From: Macrostomum lignano
Lineage: Eukaryota
NCBI GenBank assembly: GCA_002269645.1
Contig: NIVC01000068.1
Coordinates: forward strand, 248,001-312,000
Length of the DNA: 64,000 nt
Direction of reading: 5' to 3'
Under the pieces are notes generated by a model. That model did not search any database. It saw only the letters and a list, made by a program, of their open reading frames with translations, and was not told where the DNA came from. The position numbers and the translations under genes were made by a program. Positions 13,250 through 34,990 of the stretch are shown here, in pieces; within the stretch, counting starts at the first letter, position 1, and every line of letters starts with the position of its first letter.

Positions 13250-13935
13250 GGCTCCTGAGGCCAGTCTATATCACTAATTTGTTAGCTAGTGCAGATGTCT
13301 CACTGTGTTTTCAGCTCATATGCCCCCAAAGGGGGGCTCCTGAGGCTAGTCTATATCACTAATTTGTTAGCTATTGCAGATGTCTCACTGTGTTTTCAGC
13401 TCATATGCCCCCAAAGGGGGCTCCTGAGGCTAGTCTATATCACTAGTTTGTTAGCTAGTGCAGATGTCTTACTATGTTTTCAGCTCACATGCCACCAAAG
13501 GGGGGCTCCTGAGGCTAGTCCATATCACTAATTTGTTAGCTAGTGCAGATGTCTTACTATGTTTTCAGCTCACATGCCACCAAAGGGGGGCTCCTGAGGC
13601 TAGTCCATATCACTAATTTGTTAGCTAGTGCAGATGTCTTACTATGTTTTCAGCTCACATGCCACCAAAGGGGGGCTCCTGAGGCTAGTCTATATCACTA
13701 ATTTGTTAGCTAGTGCAGATGTCTTACTATGTTTTCAGCTCACATGCCACCAAAGGGGGGCTCCTGAGGCTAGTCTATATCACTAATTTGTTAGCTAGTG
13801 CAGATGTCTTACTATGTTTTCAGCTCACATGCCACCAAAGGGGGGCTCCTAAGGCTAGTCCATATCACTAATTTGTTAGCTAGTGCAGATGTCTTACTGT
13901 GTTTTCAGCTCACATGCCACCAAAGGGGGGCTTCT
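13250..13935. repeat. 85-bp tandem satellite, about 8 copies
   Basis: CTCCTGAGGCTAGT recurs at 13591 and 13676 (period 85). Confidence 0.9.
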
Positions 13936-14614
13936 GAGTCTTCGGCGCCTCGAATCGCCTAAGGCTGCCTCAAGAAAATCTAGAAATAGTCTACCGATAT
14001 GTAGCGTAGTGCACATCTCAAATATACAGAGAACCGATCATACGCAAGTCCCCTTATGACAAAGGAATGAGAGTTTTAGTCAAGTCATTTTGAAACTGCC
14101 TTGCAAGTCAGTTTCAAAGAGGATTTGGGCAGCGATGTGGATGACTGGCATATATATATGTCTATAGTGTCTGATCAGCCTCTCTGCAAGTGCGGCATGA
14201 GGCCGCTTCCTTGAGTTAAAGTAGTCAATTTTCTTACTTAACACTTTCCGCGTCACGAAAGCTCTGTGAGAATGAATTAAATTATATTGAGATAGAGAGA
14301 AACGACACTGGCCCGCCCCTCTTGTCGGGTTTCTGCACTTTGTCGAAGACTATAGGCTATATTTGGAGAGGATTTCAAAGCTGCATATAGATATCATCCT
14401 GCATAAAAATTTGCTGAACCGGCAAGCCAGAGCTTTCTGTTATTAAATTTACCTTGTTCAACTATAGTGGGCTGGATAGTTTGTACTAGATATCTTTCTT
14501 CTGGTTCTATTGCTGCTGGCATTGCTGCTTATATTTGCGTACTTTATTTCCCAATAGTTATATTTGTGTCTTCACGTTACTTGATTTTGTGTCCTCATTT
14601 TGTACTGTTTGTCT

Positions 14615-16595
14615 CTCTCGTTTCTGATCATCTTGTCTCTCTCGTTTGTGATAATCTTGTGTCTCTCGTTTCTGATCATCTTGTGTCTCTCGTTTCTGAT
14701 CATCTTGTGTCTCTCGTTTCTGATAATCTTGTGTCTCTCGTTTGTGATCATCTTGTGTCTCTCGTTCTTCTGATTATCTTGTGTCTCTCGTTTGTGATCA
14801 TCTTGTGTCTCTCGTTTCTGATAATCTTGTGTCTCTCGTTTGTGATCATCTTGTGTCTCTCGTTCTTCTGATTATCTTGTGTCTCTCGTTTGTGATCATC
14901 TTGTGTCTCTCGTTTCTGATTATCTTGTGTCTCTCGTTTCTGATAATCTTGTGTCTCTCGTTTCTGATAATCTTGTGTCTCTCGTTTCTGATCATCTTGT
15001 GTCTCTCGTTTCTGATCATCTTGTGTCTCTCGTTTCTGATAATCTTGTGTCTCTCGTTTCTGATAATCTTGTGTCTCTCGTTTGTGATCATCTTGTGTCT
15101 CTCGTTTCAGATAATCTTATCTCTCTCGTTTGTGATCATCTTGTGTCTCTCGTTTCTGATCATCTTGTGTCTCTCGTTTGTGATCATCTTGTGTCTCTCG
15201 TTTCAGATAATCTTATCTCTCTCGTTTGTGATCATCTTGTGTCTCTCGTTTCTGATCATCTTGTGTCTCTCGTTTCTGATCATCTTGTGTCTCTCGTTTG
15301 TGATCATCCTGTGTCTCTAGTTTCTGATCATCTTGTGTCTCTCGTTTGTGATCATCCTGTGTCTCTCGTTTCTGATCATCTTGTGTCTCTCGTTTCTGAT
15401 CATCTTGTGTCTCTCGTTTGTGATCATCTTGTGTCTCTCGTTTGTGATCATCCTGTGTCTCTCGTTTCTGATCATCCTGTGTCTCATTTCTGATCATCTT
15501 GTGTCTCTCGTTTCTGATCATCTTGTGTCTCTCGTTTGTGATCATCTTGTGTCTCTCGTTTGTGATCATCTTGTGTCTCTCGTTTGTGATCATCTTGTGT
15601 CTCTCGTTTCTGATCATCTTGTGTCTCTCGTTTGTGATCATCTTGTGTTTCATTTCTGATTATCTTGTGTCTCTCGTTTCTGATCATCTTGTGTCTCTCG
15701 TTTCTGATCATCTTGTGTTTCATTTCTGATTATCTTGTGTCTTTCGTTTCTGATCACCTTGTGTCTCTCGTTTCTGATCATCTTGTGTCTCTCGTTTCTG
15801 ATCACCTTGTGTCTCTCGTTTGTGATCATCTTGTGTCTCTCGTTTGTGATCATCTTGTGTCTCTCGTTTGTGATCATCTTGTGTCTCTCGTTTGTGATCA
15901 TCTTGTGTCTCTCGTTTGTGATCATCTTGTGTCTCTCGTTTCTGATTATCTTGTGTCTTTCGTTTCTGATCACCTTGTGTCTCTCGTTTCTGATCATCTT
16001 GTGTCTCTCGTTTCTGATCATCTTGTGTCTCTCGTTTCTGATCATCTTGTGTCTCTCGTTTCTGATCACCTTGTGTCTCTCGTTTCTGATCATCTTGTGT
16101 CTCTCGTTTGTGATCATCTTGTGTCTCTCGTTTGTGATCATCTTGTGTCTCTCGTTTCTGATTATCTTGTGTCTTTCGTTTCTGATCACCTTGTGTCTCT
16201 CGTTTCTGATCATCTTGTGTCTCTCGTTTCTGATCATCTTGTGTCTCTCGTTTGTGATCATCTTGTGTCTCTCGTTTCTGATCACCTTGTGTCTCTCGTT
16301 TCTGATCATCTTGTGTCTTTCGTTTCTGATCACCTTGTGTCTCTCGTTTCTGATCATCTTGTGTCTCTCGTTTCTGATCATCTTGTGTCTCTCGTTTGTG
16401 ATCATCTTGTGTCTCTCGTTTCTGATTATCTTGTGTCTTTCGTTTCTGATCACCTTGTGTCTCTCGTTTCTGATCATCTTGTGTCTCTCGTTTCTGATCA
16501 TCTTGTGTCTCTCGTTTGTGATCATCTTGTGTCTCTCGTTTCTGATCACCTTGTGTCTCTCGTTTCTGATCATCTTGTGTCTCACTTCTGATCAT
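14615..16595. repeat. 24-bp minisatellite, about 80 copies (2 kb)
   Basis: Unit TTTCTGATCATCTTGTGTCTCTCG; source of the DHLVSLVS/RETQDDQK ORFs. Confidence 0.95.
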
Positions 16596-16642
16596 CTCAA
16601 TTGGATCAACACTGCGCTGCACTGAAATCTGCATTCCCGCAG

Positions 16643-21323
<4,681 letters not shown>

Positions 21324-21414
21324 ATTGTAGAGGGGGAACTGAGTTTGCATTTTGAATGAGTCAAGACACTCATGCCACGTATATGGATTTTTTCGTTAAG
21401 CCGAAAAACTCATA

Positions 21415-22425
21415 AACCCATCTAAGACCCCTAGAACCGACCATAAATCACCCTTAGAGCCATCCATAAACCACCCTTAGAACCAACCATAAACCACCCT
21501 TAGAACCAACCATAAACCACCCTTAGAACCAACCATAAACCACCCCTAGAGCCATCCATAAACCACCCCTAGAGCCATCCATAAACCACCCCTAGAGCCA
21601 TCCATAAACCACCCCTAGAGCCATCCATAAACCACCCCTAGAGCCATCCATAAACCACCCCTAGAGCCATCCATAAACCACCCCTAGAGCCATCCATAAA
21701 CCACCCCTAGAGCCATCCATAAACCACCCCTAGAGCCATCCATAAACCACCCCTAGAGCCATCCATAAACCACCCCTAGAGCCATCCATAAACCACCCCT
21801 AGAGCCATCAATAAACCACCCCTAGAGCCATCCATAAACCACCCCTAGAGCCATCCATAAACCACCCCTAGAGCCATCCATAAACCACCCCTAGAGCCAT
21901 CCATAAACCACCCCTAGAGCCATCCATAAACCACCCCTAGAGCCATCCATAAACCACCCCTAGAGCCATCCATAAACCACCCCTAGAGCCATCCATAAAC
22001 CACCCCTAGAGCCATCCATAAACCACCCCTAGAGCCATCCATAAACCACCCCTAGAGCCATCCATAAACCACCCCTAGAGCCATCCATAAACCACCCCTA
22101 GAGCCATCCATAAACCACCCCTAGAGCCATCCATAAACCACCCTAGAGCCATCCATAAACCACCCCTAGAGCCATCCATAAACCACCCCTAGAGCCATCC
22201 ATAAACCACCCCTAGAGCCATCCATAAACCACCCCTAGAGCCATCCATAAACCACCCCTAGAGCCATCCATAAACCACCCCTAGAGCCATCCATAAACCA
22301 CCCTAGAGCCATCCATAAACCATAGAGCCATCCATAAACCACCCCTAGAGCCATCCATAAACCACCCCTAGAGCCATCAATAAACCACCCCTAAAACCAT
22401 CCATAAACCGACCTAGAGCCATCCA
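21415..22425. repeat. 23-bp minisatellite, about 43 copies
   Basis: Unit CCATCCATAAACCACCCCTAGAG. Confidence 0.95.
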
Positions 22426-22732
22426 TCTAGTCCAATAAGACAAACTAAATTGTGTTAACTAAATCCGCAAATAAACAAACTTTGATTTTAGCCCTCTGTA
22501 ATAAGACTTAACTAAATTGTGTTAACTAAATTGAAACAATGCAAATTTCAAACAAACTTTTATTAGTTAATTCCAGTCATTCGTTGTACAAAAAAATTCA
22601 GCGCATTGCTAAACGTATCTAGCTGTTAATGTTGCCTTTGTTAAAATGGCTGACAAACGATGTAATAAAAAATATTTTGTCGCATTTTTTGTAAAAAAAT
22701 ACTGAACAATGAACGCGCCATTGAAGAGGTCT

Positions 22733-22996
22733 CTGACAGGATTTGATAACCACGCCTGACAGGATTTGATAACCACGCCTGACAGGATTTGATAACCATG
22801 CCTGACAGGATTTGATAACCATGCCTGACAGGATTGATAACCATGCCTGACAGGATTGATAACCATACCTGACAGGATTGATAACCATGCCTGACAGGAT
22901 TGATAACCATGCCTGACAGGATTGATAACCATACCTGACAGGATTGATAACCATGCCTGACAGGATTGATAACCATGCCTGACAGGATTGATAAAC
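22733..22996. repeat. 22/23-bp minisatellite, about 12 copies
   Basis: Unit CCTGACAGGATTGATAACCATG. Confidence 0.9.
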
Positions 22997-23397
22997 ATGA
23001 TGGTCTACAGGAATTATGAAGAAAAATTCAATATGTAATTCAGTAAACAAATTATGCATTTCTGTTTCACGTGTGTTGTGTAAATTTGTAAACCATATTT
23101 AGTCGGATATTGATCCTCTCTCGCGCATAACTTTCTGTCAGATCTTACTGAGCAAATATAAAATAAATTTGTATCCTTCAATTTGGAGTCAACTGCAATG
23201 TTGATGAGCTTAAATTCATATTGCGGCACAGCCTTAAAAGGCTGTTTAGTGACAAACACTTTTGAAGTAGGATATATTCCATACTGTACATCAGCACAAT
23301 GAGGGCGCGCAGAGCTGCGTCTGACTCAGCGTGTCAAGAAGCCAAGAAGTCTACATGACTAAATTCCTTACACTCTTTTGGGAATCAGTGTTGTTGG

Positions 23398-23630
23398 CAC
23401 TCATTTTGGCGCCGGAGGCACTCATTTTGGCGCCGGAGGCACTCATTTTGGCGCCGGAGGCACTCATTTTGGCACCGGAGGCACTCATTTTGGCGCCGCA
23501 GGCACTCATTTTGGCGCCGCAGGCACTCATTTTGTCGCCTTCGACAGGCACTTATTATGGCGCTACAGGCACTCATTTTGGCGCCTCCGACACACTCATT
23601 TTGGCACTGCAGCCACTCATTTTGGTGCCG
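23398..23630. repeat. 21-bp minisatellite, about 10 copies
   Basis: Unit GCACTCATTTTGGCGCCGGAG. Confidence 0.9.
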
Positions 23631-25888
23631 AAACTGCCATATTTTGGGGCCCTGAAGCAAAATTATTGATTTCCCTATTGGGTTACAAGGTGGAGGGGAC
23701 AAAGCATTGGCAGAAATGCCGTCAGTGCTGGTTGTACATGTAGGACGATACCATTGCCTGTGGGTACCTGCACAGCCCTCCTGCAAATATACATGTAATT
23801 CGATTAAAACAAAAAGCTGGTTATCAGTCTCTAAATTCATGCAGATTTTCTGTACAAATTGGTGCAATATAACAAATGAATTGCTACACTTACTTTGTAA
23901 CTAAATGCACTACTGTTGTTTATGAGGCGTACCTGGTATAGTCGGTCGGACACCCACACTACAGTCATAAATTCATACATTTATAGATAATAATAGAAAG
24001 AAGACAACCTGACAGGGGGGGACTGCTTTAGATATGCGCGCCCAGTGTAGCCACTTCATCGTTTGCGATTTTATAATCTTACTATACATGTATATATTTT
24101 TCTGAAAGTGCGCAAATTCGTGCAATTTTAAGTGTGCGCAACCGCGGCTCTTTTTAGCTACTATAAATATAATTTAACATCAGAATTAGTTTTAGAAACG
24201 ATCTGCGCATTAAAAAACGCTGTAGTTTTCTCAATTTACGCCCTGCATGCCAATTCTGCGCTTACTTGTGTGAGATGTCGCTTGTTCTGAGATGCGTCTC
24301 AACTACTACACGGGAAGGTGACGAGGATGCGATCGAAAAGCCGTATCTACAAGCAAACATCATTCGGATGCGAACTGATGATAAACGAGAGAAATTGATT
24401 AGAGAATTGCAGTTAGACTGGGTCAATACGAGTTCTTTCCAGAAAGGAATACAGGTGAATCCCACTTATTATTATATTTTTTGATTCGCAAAATGTTTTC
24501 TGCTGTATATACTGAATTATCGAATGCAAACTATTCCTCGAAATTATAGCTAAAACTCCTCAACCAGTCGATTGTTGATCTATTGGCCTGGCAATTGGAG
24601 CAGCAGTGCACACCTGCAGTAGCAATGCTGGACAGTTTTGATTGTCCTTGTGCGAACTGTATTGTATTGTCATGCGATCGTTCTTCATTTTAGCGCACTT
24701 TATTATTCTAAGATGTTTCTCAACGATCATTTGATTTGAAGAATGATTGCTATACATCTACATGTGCTTTTTAAATAACAGTCTAGTACGAGTAGCCTGC
24801 AGAATTGTTCACATGAAATTGTTATAAATATCTCCCGAAGCTCATGCCTGTTATTTGAAAAATCAATGTTAAAAGATTTTGTCAGTTTCATTGTTTAAAG
24901 CATGTACGCTCTTGTTTCAAGGCTATATTAAATATATGGCTAATTTTTCATAGTTTTTTACCTTTGGCTCAATTTGGATGCATTCTTAAGCAAGCATCTT
25001 AAAACCATCGTGTACACAGTAGAGTTTTTTGGGCAATGGCCGGCCAAATTAGAGGTATTTTCGTCGTAAGTTAAATTCACGCGTTAAAAGTTGTGGTAGG
25101 AATAACAAAGCGTACCAAAGTGAATTGATTCTGTGTCGCTGCTTAGAGAATATTGCTCAAAATGGATGAAAATAAAACTTGCATTCTTTCTATTAATAAT
25201 CCTGTGCAAATACTGCAATTTGTACTTGTTTTCTCTATTGGTTCTGCAAATTTAGTTTGCTATTTATTTCATTCATTTATTGTGTTCGAGTTCGACTCTT
25301 CGCTAAAAATACAGAATAAGAGTTCCAGGAGAGCGCTTAAGATAAAAGTAAAAGTCATTATAGCAGTGTCAAGCTATAGCGAGAGTTGTATTTCCCTTTA
25401 GCTATTTATTTATTTCTCCCTTCAACCTTCGAGACTCCTCTTGCTTTGAAACTAAAATATAACTAGCCATCAATCAATCGTAATACACTTTAGAACTGTT
25501 TATTTTTTATTGTTACCATCTTTACACTCCCATCAAACGAATCATTAACACATTTAAATGGCCAGTGCAAGTAATGCTTCGGGCTCTGAACCGCCAAACT
25601 CTGAAAGAAAATTTTCGTAAGTGCAAGAACCATCCATGCAATCGCCCATCGGTAATATCAGGGATTTGATACAATAATTTACTAGATTTAAAACTAAATA
25701 ACTTGATAATTAACATTATCACTATTACTGTTTTATATTATTTTATTGGTCACTCATATTTTTTGCTGAAGTTTTGGAGATGGTGCATGGTTTAATTATT
25801 AATAATAAAAATTACACTTTTGGTTTCTTAAAATTTATCATTTTGTTTACAGCAATTAAAACTTCATTACCATTTATAAACGTTGCAG

Positions 25889-27648
25889 AACAAGTGGAGA
25901 AAGTCTCTACCAAATTCTTGGACTCGAAAAAGGTGCCTCTTCAGAGCAGGTTAAAAAGGCCTATAGAAAGGTTTGTAGCTATTTATATTCTCTAAATATT
26001 AGGCCCCTATATGGATATTCAATGTTATCATTAATCCCTAATAACTTGTTGAAATTTTTTCATATTTTTTAGTTGGCATTGCAATATCACCCAGACAAAA
26101 ATCCAGATCCTAGTGCTGCAGACAAGGTATGAAAAAGACATTATATAGTTTAATTTATAATAATAAATTATAAACACAATATGGCACATATCTGTATTGC
26201 ACACCACCTTGCAGATCAAAGAGCTCAACAGAGCCAATCATGTGCTTAGCGATGAGAAAAGGAAAGCCATCTATGATAAATATGGCTCTGTTGGTTTGCA
26301 AATTGCATCACAAATTGGCGAGGACAATGTCACAACATATTTTATGCTAGACAATGTCTGCTGCAAGGTAAGAAAATATTCTGAAAATTTTATTTTCTTT
26401 GTCAGATGGGTAAGTTCTCAAGCAGAATTTTTAGATGGTTGAAGAACTTATAGGGAATTTCTCAAATAGAATTTATGTTGACCAAGAGTTCAAGGGTTAT
26501 TTCTCTGATTGCTAAAAGTAGAGTATGCAGAGAATTTCTTAGATGACCATGAGTTCAAATGGAATTTCTCATGATCAGATGGCTAAAAGTTCAAAGGGAA
26601 TTTCTCATATAGCCAAGAGTTCAAGTTGGATTTCTCATGATCAGATGGCTAAGAGTTCAAGGGGAATTTCTCATGATCAGATGGCCAAGAGTGCAAGGGG
26701 AATTTCTCAGATGGCCAAGAGTTCAAGGGAAATTTCTCAGATGGCCAACAGTTCAAGGAGAATTTCTCTTGATCAGATGGCCAAGAGTTCAAGGGGAATT
26801 TCTCATGATCACATGGCTGGTAGTTCAAGGGGAATTTCTCAGATGGCCAAGAGTTCAAAGGGAATTTCTCAGATGGCCAAGAGTTCAAAGGGAATTTCTC
26901 ATGATCAGATGGCCAAGAGTTCAAGGGGAATTTCTCATGATCAGATGGCCAAGAGTTCAAGGGGAATTTCTCATGATCAGATGGCTAAGAGTTCAGGGGA
27001 ATTTCTCATGATCAGATGGCTAAGAGTTCAGGGGAATTTCTCATGATCAGATGGCCAAGAGTTCAAGGGGAATTCTCATGATCAGATGGCCAAGAGTTCA
27101 AGGGGAATTTCTCAGATGGCCAAGAGTTCAAGGGGAATTTCTCATGATCAGATGGCTAAGAGTTCAAGGGAAATTTCTCAGATGGCCAAGAGTTCAAGGG
27201 GAATTTCTTATGATCACATGGCTGGGAGTTCAAGGGAAATTTCTCAAATTGCAAATGAGCAAATGAGCTAAATTAATTGACTCACCACTTCAGCCCAATG
27301 TTTAAATAATCTGTTAATGTTCTTTAAAAACATTGCAGATTTTATTGGTCGCGTGCTTTGCACTCACCTGCTGCTGTTTCTGTTGCTGCTGCTGCTGCTG
27401 CTGCGGCAAATGCGTGCCAAAAGACACGGACGATGATGGAGATTATGCTTATTATGTAAGTTTGAAAATTTACTGGGTTTGTCAAGTTATAAGCCAGCCC
27501 TAAGCATGACATGTCTGTCTGATTTCAACAGCAGCCCGAAGCTACAGGCGCCGAGTCGACAGTGACTTCTCAGCCGCAGGGCTCCGCAGACAATGCCACC
27601 GAGCGAACCCGACTGAAGGCGGACGAACAGGCTACTTATAATCAGTAG
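25889..27648 (+). CDS. DNAJC5: Cysteine string protein (DnaJ homolog subfamily C member 5). Exons 25889-25970, 26073-26126, 26215-26367, 27339-27455, 27532-27648; first coding exon not located
   Basis: Spliced product [88 protein letters not shown]...[28 protein letters not shown]...; J domain with intact HPD plus cysteine string; canonical splice sites, all in phase. Confidence 0.95.
26540..27250. repeat. Modular 36/30-bp minisatellite in DNAJC5 intron
   Basis: Unit ATGGCCAAGAGTTCAAGGGGAATTTCTCATGATCAG and a variant 6 bp shorter. Confidence 0.9.
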
Positions 27649-27754
27649 CATAGTTAGTAGATGAGCGCGCGTTCTTTAAAAGTATTAAAAATAGTTGTAC
27701 ATTATTGATGATTGATGACGTTGACATGACATTGTCTGGGGAGGGTAGCGTGTT

Positions 27755-28335
27755 GACCCCAACCAGAAGAATCATGGAGGGTATAGCAGTGACCCTAATC
27801 TGAAGAATCATGGAGGGTATAGCAGTGACCCTAATCTGAAGAATCATGGAGGGTATAGCAGTGGCCCCAACCAGAAGAATCATGGAGGGTATAGCAGTGA
27901 CCCTAATCTGAAGAATCATGGAGAGTAAAGCAGTGACCCTAATCTGAAGAATCATGGAGGGTATAGCAGTGACCCCAACCATGCAGAAGAATCATGGAGA
28001 GTAAAGCAGTGACCCTAATCTGAAGAATCATGGAGGGTATAGCAGTGACCCTAATCTGAAGAATCATGGAGAGTATAGCAGTGACCCTAATCTGAAGAAT
28101 CATGGAGGGTATAGCAGTGACCCCAACCAGAAGAATCATGGAGAGTATAGCAGTGACCCTAATCTGAAGAATCATGGAGAGTAAAGCAGTGACCCTAATC
28201 TGAAGAATCATGGAGGGTATAGCAGTGACCCCAACCAGAAGAATCATGGAGGGTATAGCAGTGACCCCAACCAGAAGAATCATGGAGGGTATAGCAGTGG
28301 CCCCAACCAGAAGAATCATCGAGGGTATAGCAGTA
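27755..28335. repeat. 36-bp minisatellite, about 16 copies, just 3' of DNAJC5 stop
   Basis: Unit GAAGAATCATGGAGGGTATAGCAGTGACCCTAATCT. Confidence 0.9.
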
Positions 28336-29304
28336 AACCGTTTTTTGCCAAAGTGCACTGAAACCATATACATGTCATATTTCATTCACACTATTATACG
28401 AAATGTTTTTGTTAATTTTCACAACAATATTTAAAAAAGCGTTATCTATATAGTCGAATTAATAGGTGTGTTTATTTATCTATAAATTTGTAACGTTGTT
28501 GTCTCTGATTCATTCATTGTTACTTCAAGTAGTTAATTTTCTATCGGTTTTAAACTTATACACGTACGGATCACGTCGTTCGTCTTCGCTCATATGGACC
28601 TCTGGATTATGCTTGGATCGTTTTTAATCCAGGTTTCTCAAGGGTCCTTTTGGCCATGCCCGGATGCCCATTTAGCTCTATTTGGACTGTGCTTCGATTT
28701 CATTTAGAATTTTTACAACCAATTTAATTTTTTCAGCTCCTAATGGTAATGTTATAAAATGGCTAACTCCATGACCATGACATCTGCTTACATGCTAATC
28801 TTTTTCTCTTTCAAATATTCCATTAGAATCTTACTTCAAATCTTTTTATGCCGAATTTATTTATGCTTTTAAAATTTAGTGTATGCAGCAAGTACACTGT
28901 TTATTTGTCTACATGTATATTGTTTAATGGGTACCTACATAAGTTTTTAAGACACTTATTTTCTTTTTGATAATTTTACTCGTATATTACATATCCGAAA
29001 TCTTGACAATGGACGCACTAAAAATGGTAGAACACATGTTGAACAAACACAAATAAAATACTACATCTTCGAGTTGGAACATGTCCACAACAGAGGCTGG
29101 AATAATAATGAACAACAGAAAATATGTAGTACGGAAAAAAACATTGAAATGGTGTACCTGGTCGGTGTAGATTTTGCTTAAAAAATATACTAGCTTTCTG
29201 CCTGTCGTGTAGCAAATTCATTCGTATTTTTTTCCAAGGCTTCAAGACTTTCAAACTGGCACGGAAAATCGATTGACGATGTGTGCTGGGGTTAGGAGGC
29301 CACT

Positions 29305-29715
29305 AAGGGACACCGATATAAATTGGGTGGCGGGTGGTGGGTGTTCAGCCTGCGGAGGGACACCGATATAAATGGGGTGGTGGTGTTGCAGCCCGCGGAG
29401 GGACACCGATATAAATGGGGTGGTGGGTGTTGCAGCCCGCGGAGGGACACCGATTTAAATGGGGTGGGTGTTCAGCCCGCGGAGGGACAACGATATAAAT
29501 GGGGTGGTGGGTGTTGCAGCCCGCGGAGGGACACCGATGTAAATGGGGTGGTGGGTGGTCAGCCCGCGGAGGGACACCGATGTAAATGGGGTGGTGGGTG
29601 TTTCAGCCATCGAGAGGAAACCGACAGAAATGGGGTGGTGGGTGTTTCAGCCATCGAGAGGAAACCGACAGAAATGGGGTGGTGGGTGTTGCAGCCCGCG
29701 AAACCGATATAAATG
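29305..29715. repeat. About 44-bp degenerate minisatellite, about 9 copies
   Basis: Unit GGGACACCGATATAAATGGGGTGGTGGGTGTTGCAGCCCGCGGA. Confidence 0.85.
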
Positions 29716-29820
29716 GGATGGTGGGCTTTAAAGCCCGCTGGGAGACACCAATACAAACGGGATTGTAGGTCTAACAACCAGATAACACAGTTGCATTCGC
29801 AGAAACTATTAGGCAGTGAA

Positions 29821-34005
<4,185 letters not shown>

Positions 34006-34087
34006 TGGTTATAGGAAGGGTCGCAGTGTCGATGGTCTGCCTGGTTTTAAATAAAAGCATTTGGGCAATTCTGTAGGAGATTCGCTG

Positions 34088-34430
34088 TCTGACAGGGGAT
34101 ACCTGTGTGTCTGACAGGGGATGCCTGTGTGTCTGACAGGGGATGTCTGGATGTCTGTGTCTGACAGGGGATGCCTGTGTGTCTGACAGGGGATGCCTGT
34201 GTGTCTGACAGGGGATGCCTGTCTGACAGGGGATGCCTGTGTGTCTGACAGGGGATGCCTGTCTGACAGGGGATGCCTGTGTGTCTGACAGGGGATGCCT
34301 GTATGTCTGACAGGGGATGCCTGTCTGACAGGGGATGCGTGTGTGTCTGACAGGGGATGCCTGTGTGTCTGACAGGGGATGCCTGTCTGACAGGGGATAT
34401 CTGTGTGTCTGACAGGGGATGCCTGTGTCT
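34088..34430. repeat. 22/18-bp minisatellite
   Basis: Unit CTGACAGGGGATGCCTGTGTGT and shorter variant. Confidence 0.9.
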
Positions 34431-34819
34431 GCCGGTGCTTATCGAATTACACAGAAGAGAATGTGCTTCCAACAGGAAATTCTTCTGTCAAACTTCTTTC
34501 GAACATTAGCATTTATTACCATCGGTAGCCTTTTCTGCTCAATTTTTTCCCCGACCTAATGAGCGCTTAAAAGATTGCGCGATTTCTTATAAATTATAGT
34601 CGTCAGGCAGAAGAGCATGCATGCCCTGCCCGGCTGGCCTCAAGCTCTTAGCAAGGGGCGCGGACGCATGAAATCGTACTGTACCAACCAAGCCCGGCAT
34701 TGCAAATGCAAGCGGCAAGAACTGTGAACTACTAGAGGCCACGACCGCCTCCCCTGCCCCCCACCACCCCGCGGAGAAACACGCGAGCGCACGCGCGCCC
34801 AAGTGGAGTGCAGCAGCAG

Positions 34820-34990
34820 CTTGGATTCTAAGCCAATAAGAAGTGTAGAATGTAGGCTTTTTGACCCTCCCCGCCCTGACAAATAAATGTACAGTGTAGA
34901 GAAAATGCGCTCCTGACAGTCCCCCCCGCGCTACAGGGGGGTGATAATAAGGTTGGCCTGGAATGAGGGGCGGGGCGGGGCGGGGGGCGA
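34820..34990 (-). promoter_or_regulatory. Candidate GC-box/CCAAT promoter for the minus-strand poly-Gln gene
   Basis: GC boxes (GGGGCGGGGCGGG about 34967-34987; CCCCGCCC about 34869) and AGCCAAT at about 34830 lie upstream of a CpG-rich stretch with a GTACAG donor near 34684; acceptor at 34041 precedes the ATG exon. Confidence 0.35.

Noticed and set aside
14615-16595. Regular 24-37 bp repeat arrays as CRISPR arrays (also 21415-22425, 60685-62460)
   Set aside because: Units are head-to-tail with no unique spacers, no cas genes, and the context is eukaryotic introns
24266-25060. First coding exon of DNAJC5 (ORF 24266-24484; ATG at about 25036)
   Set aside because: Available donors are phase 0 or 1, while the 25889 exon needs phase 2; no CSP-like N-terminus recognised
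26543-27271. [12 protein letters not shown] repeat protein
   Set aside because: Minisatellite inside the DNAJC5 intron; flanking exons join in phase 0 without it
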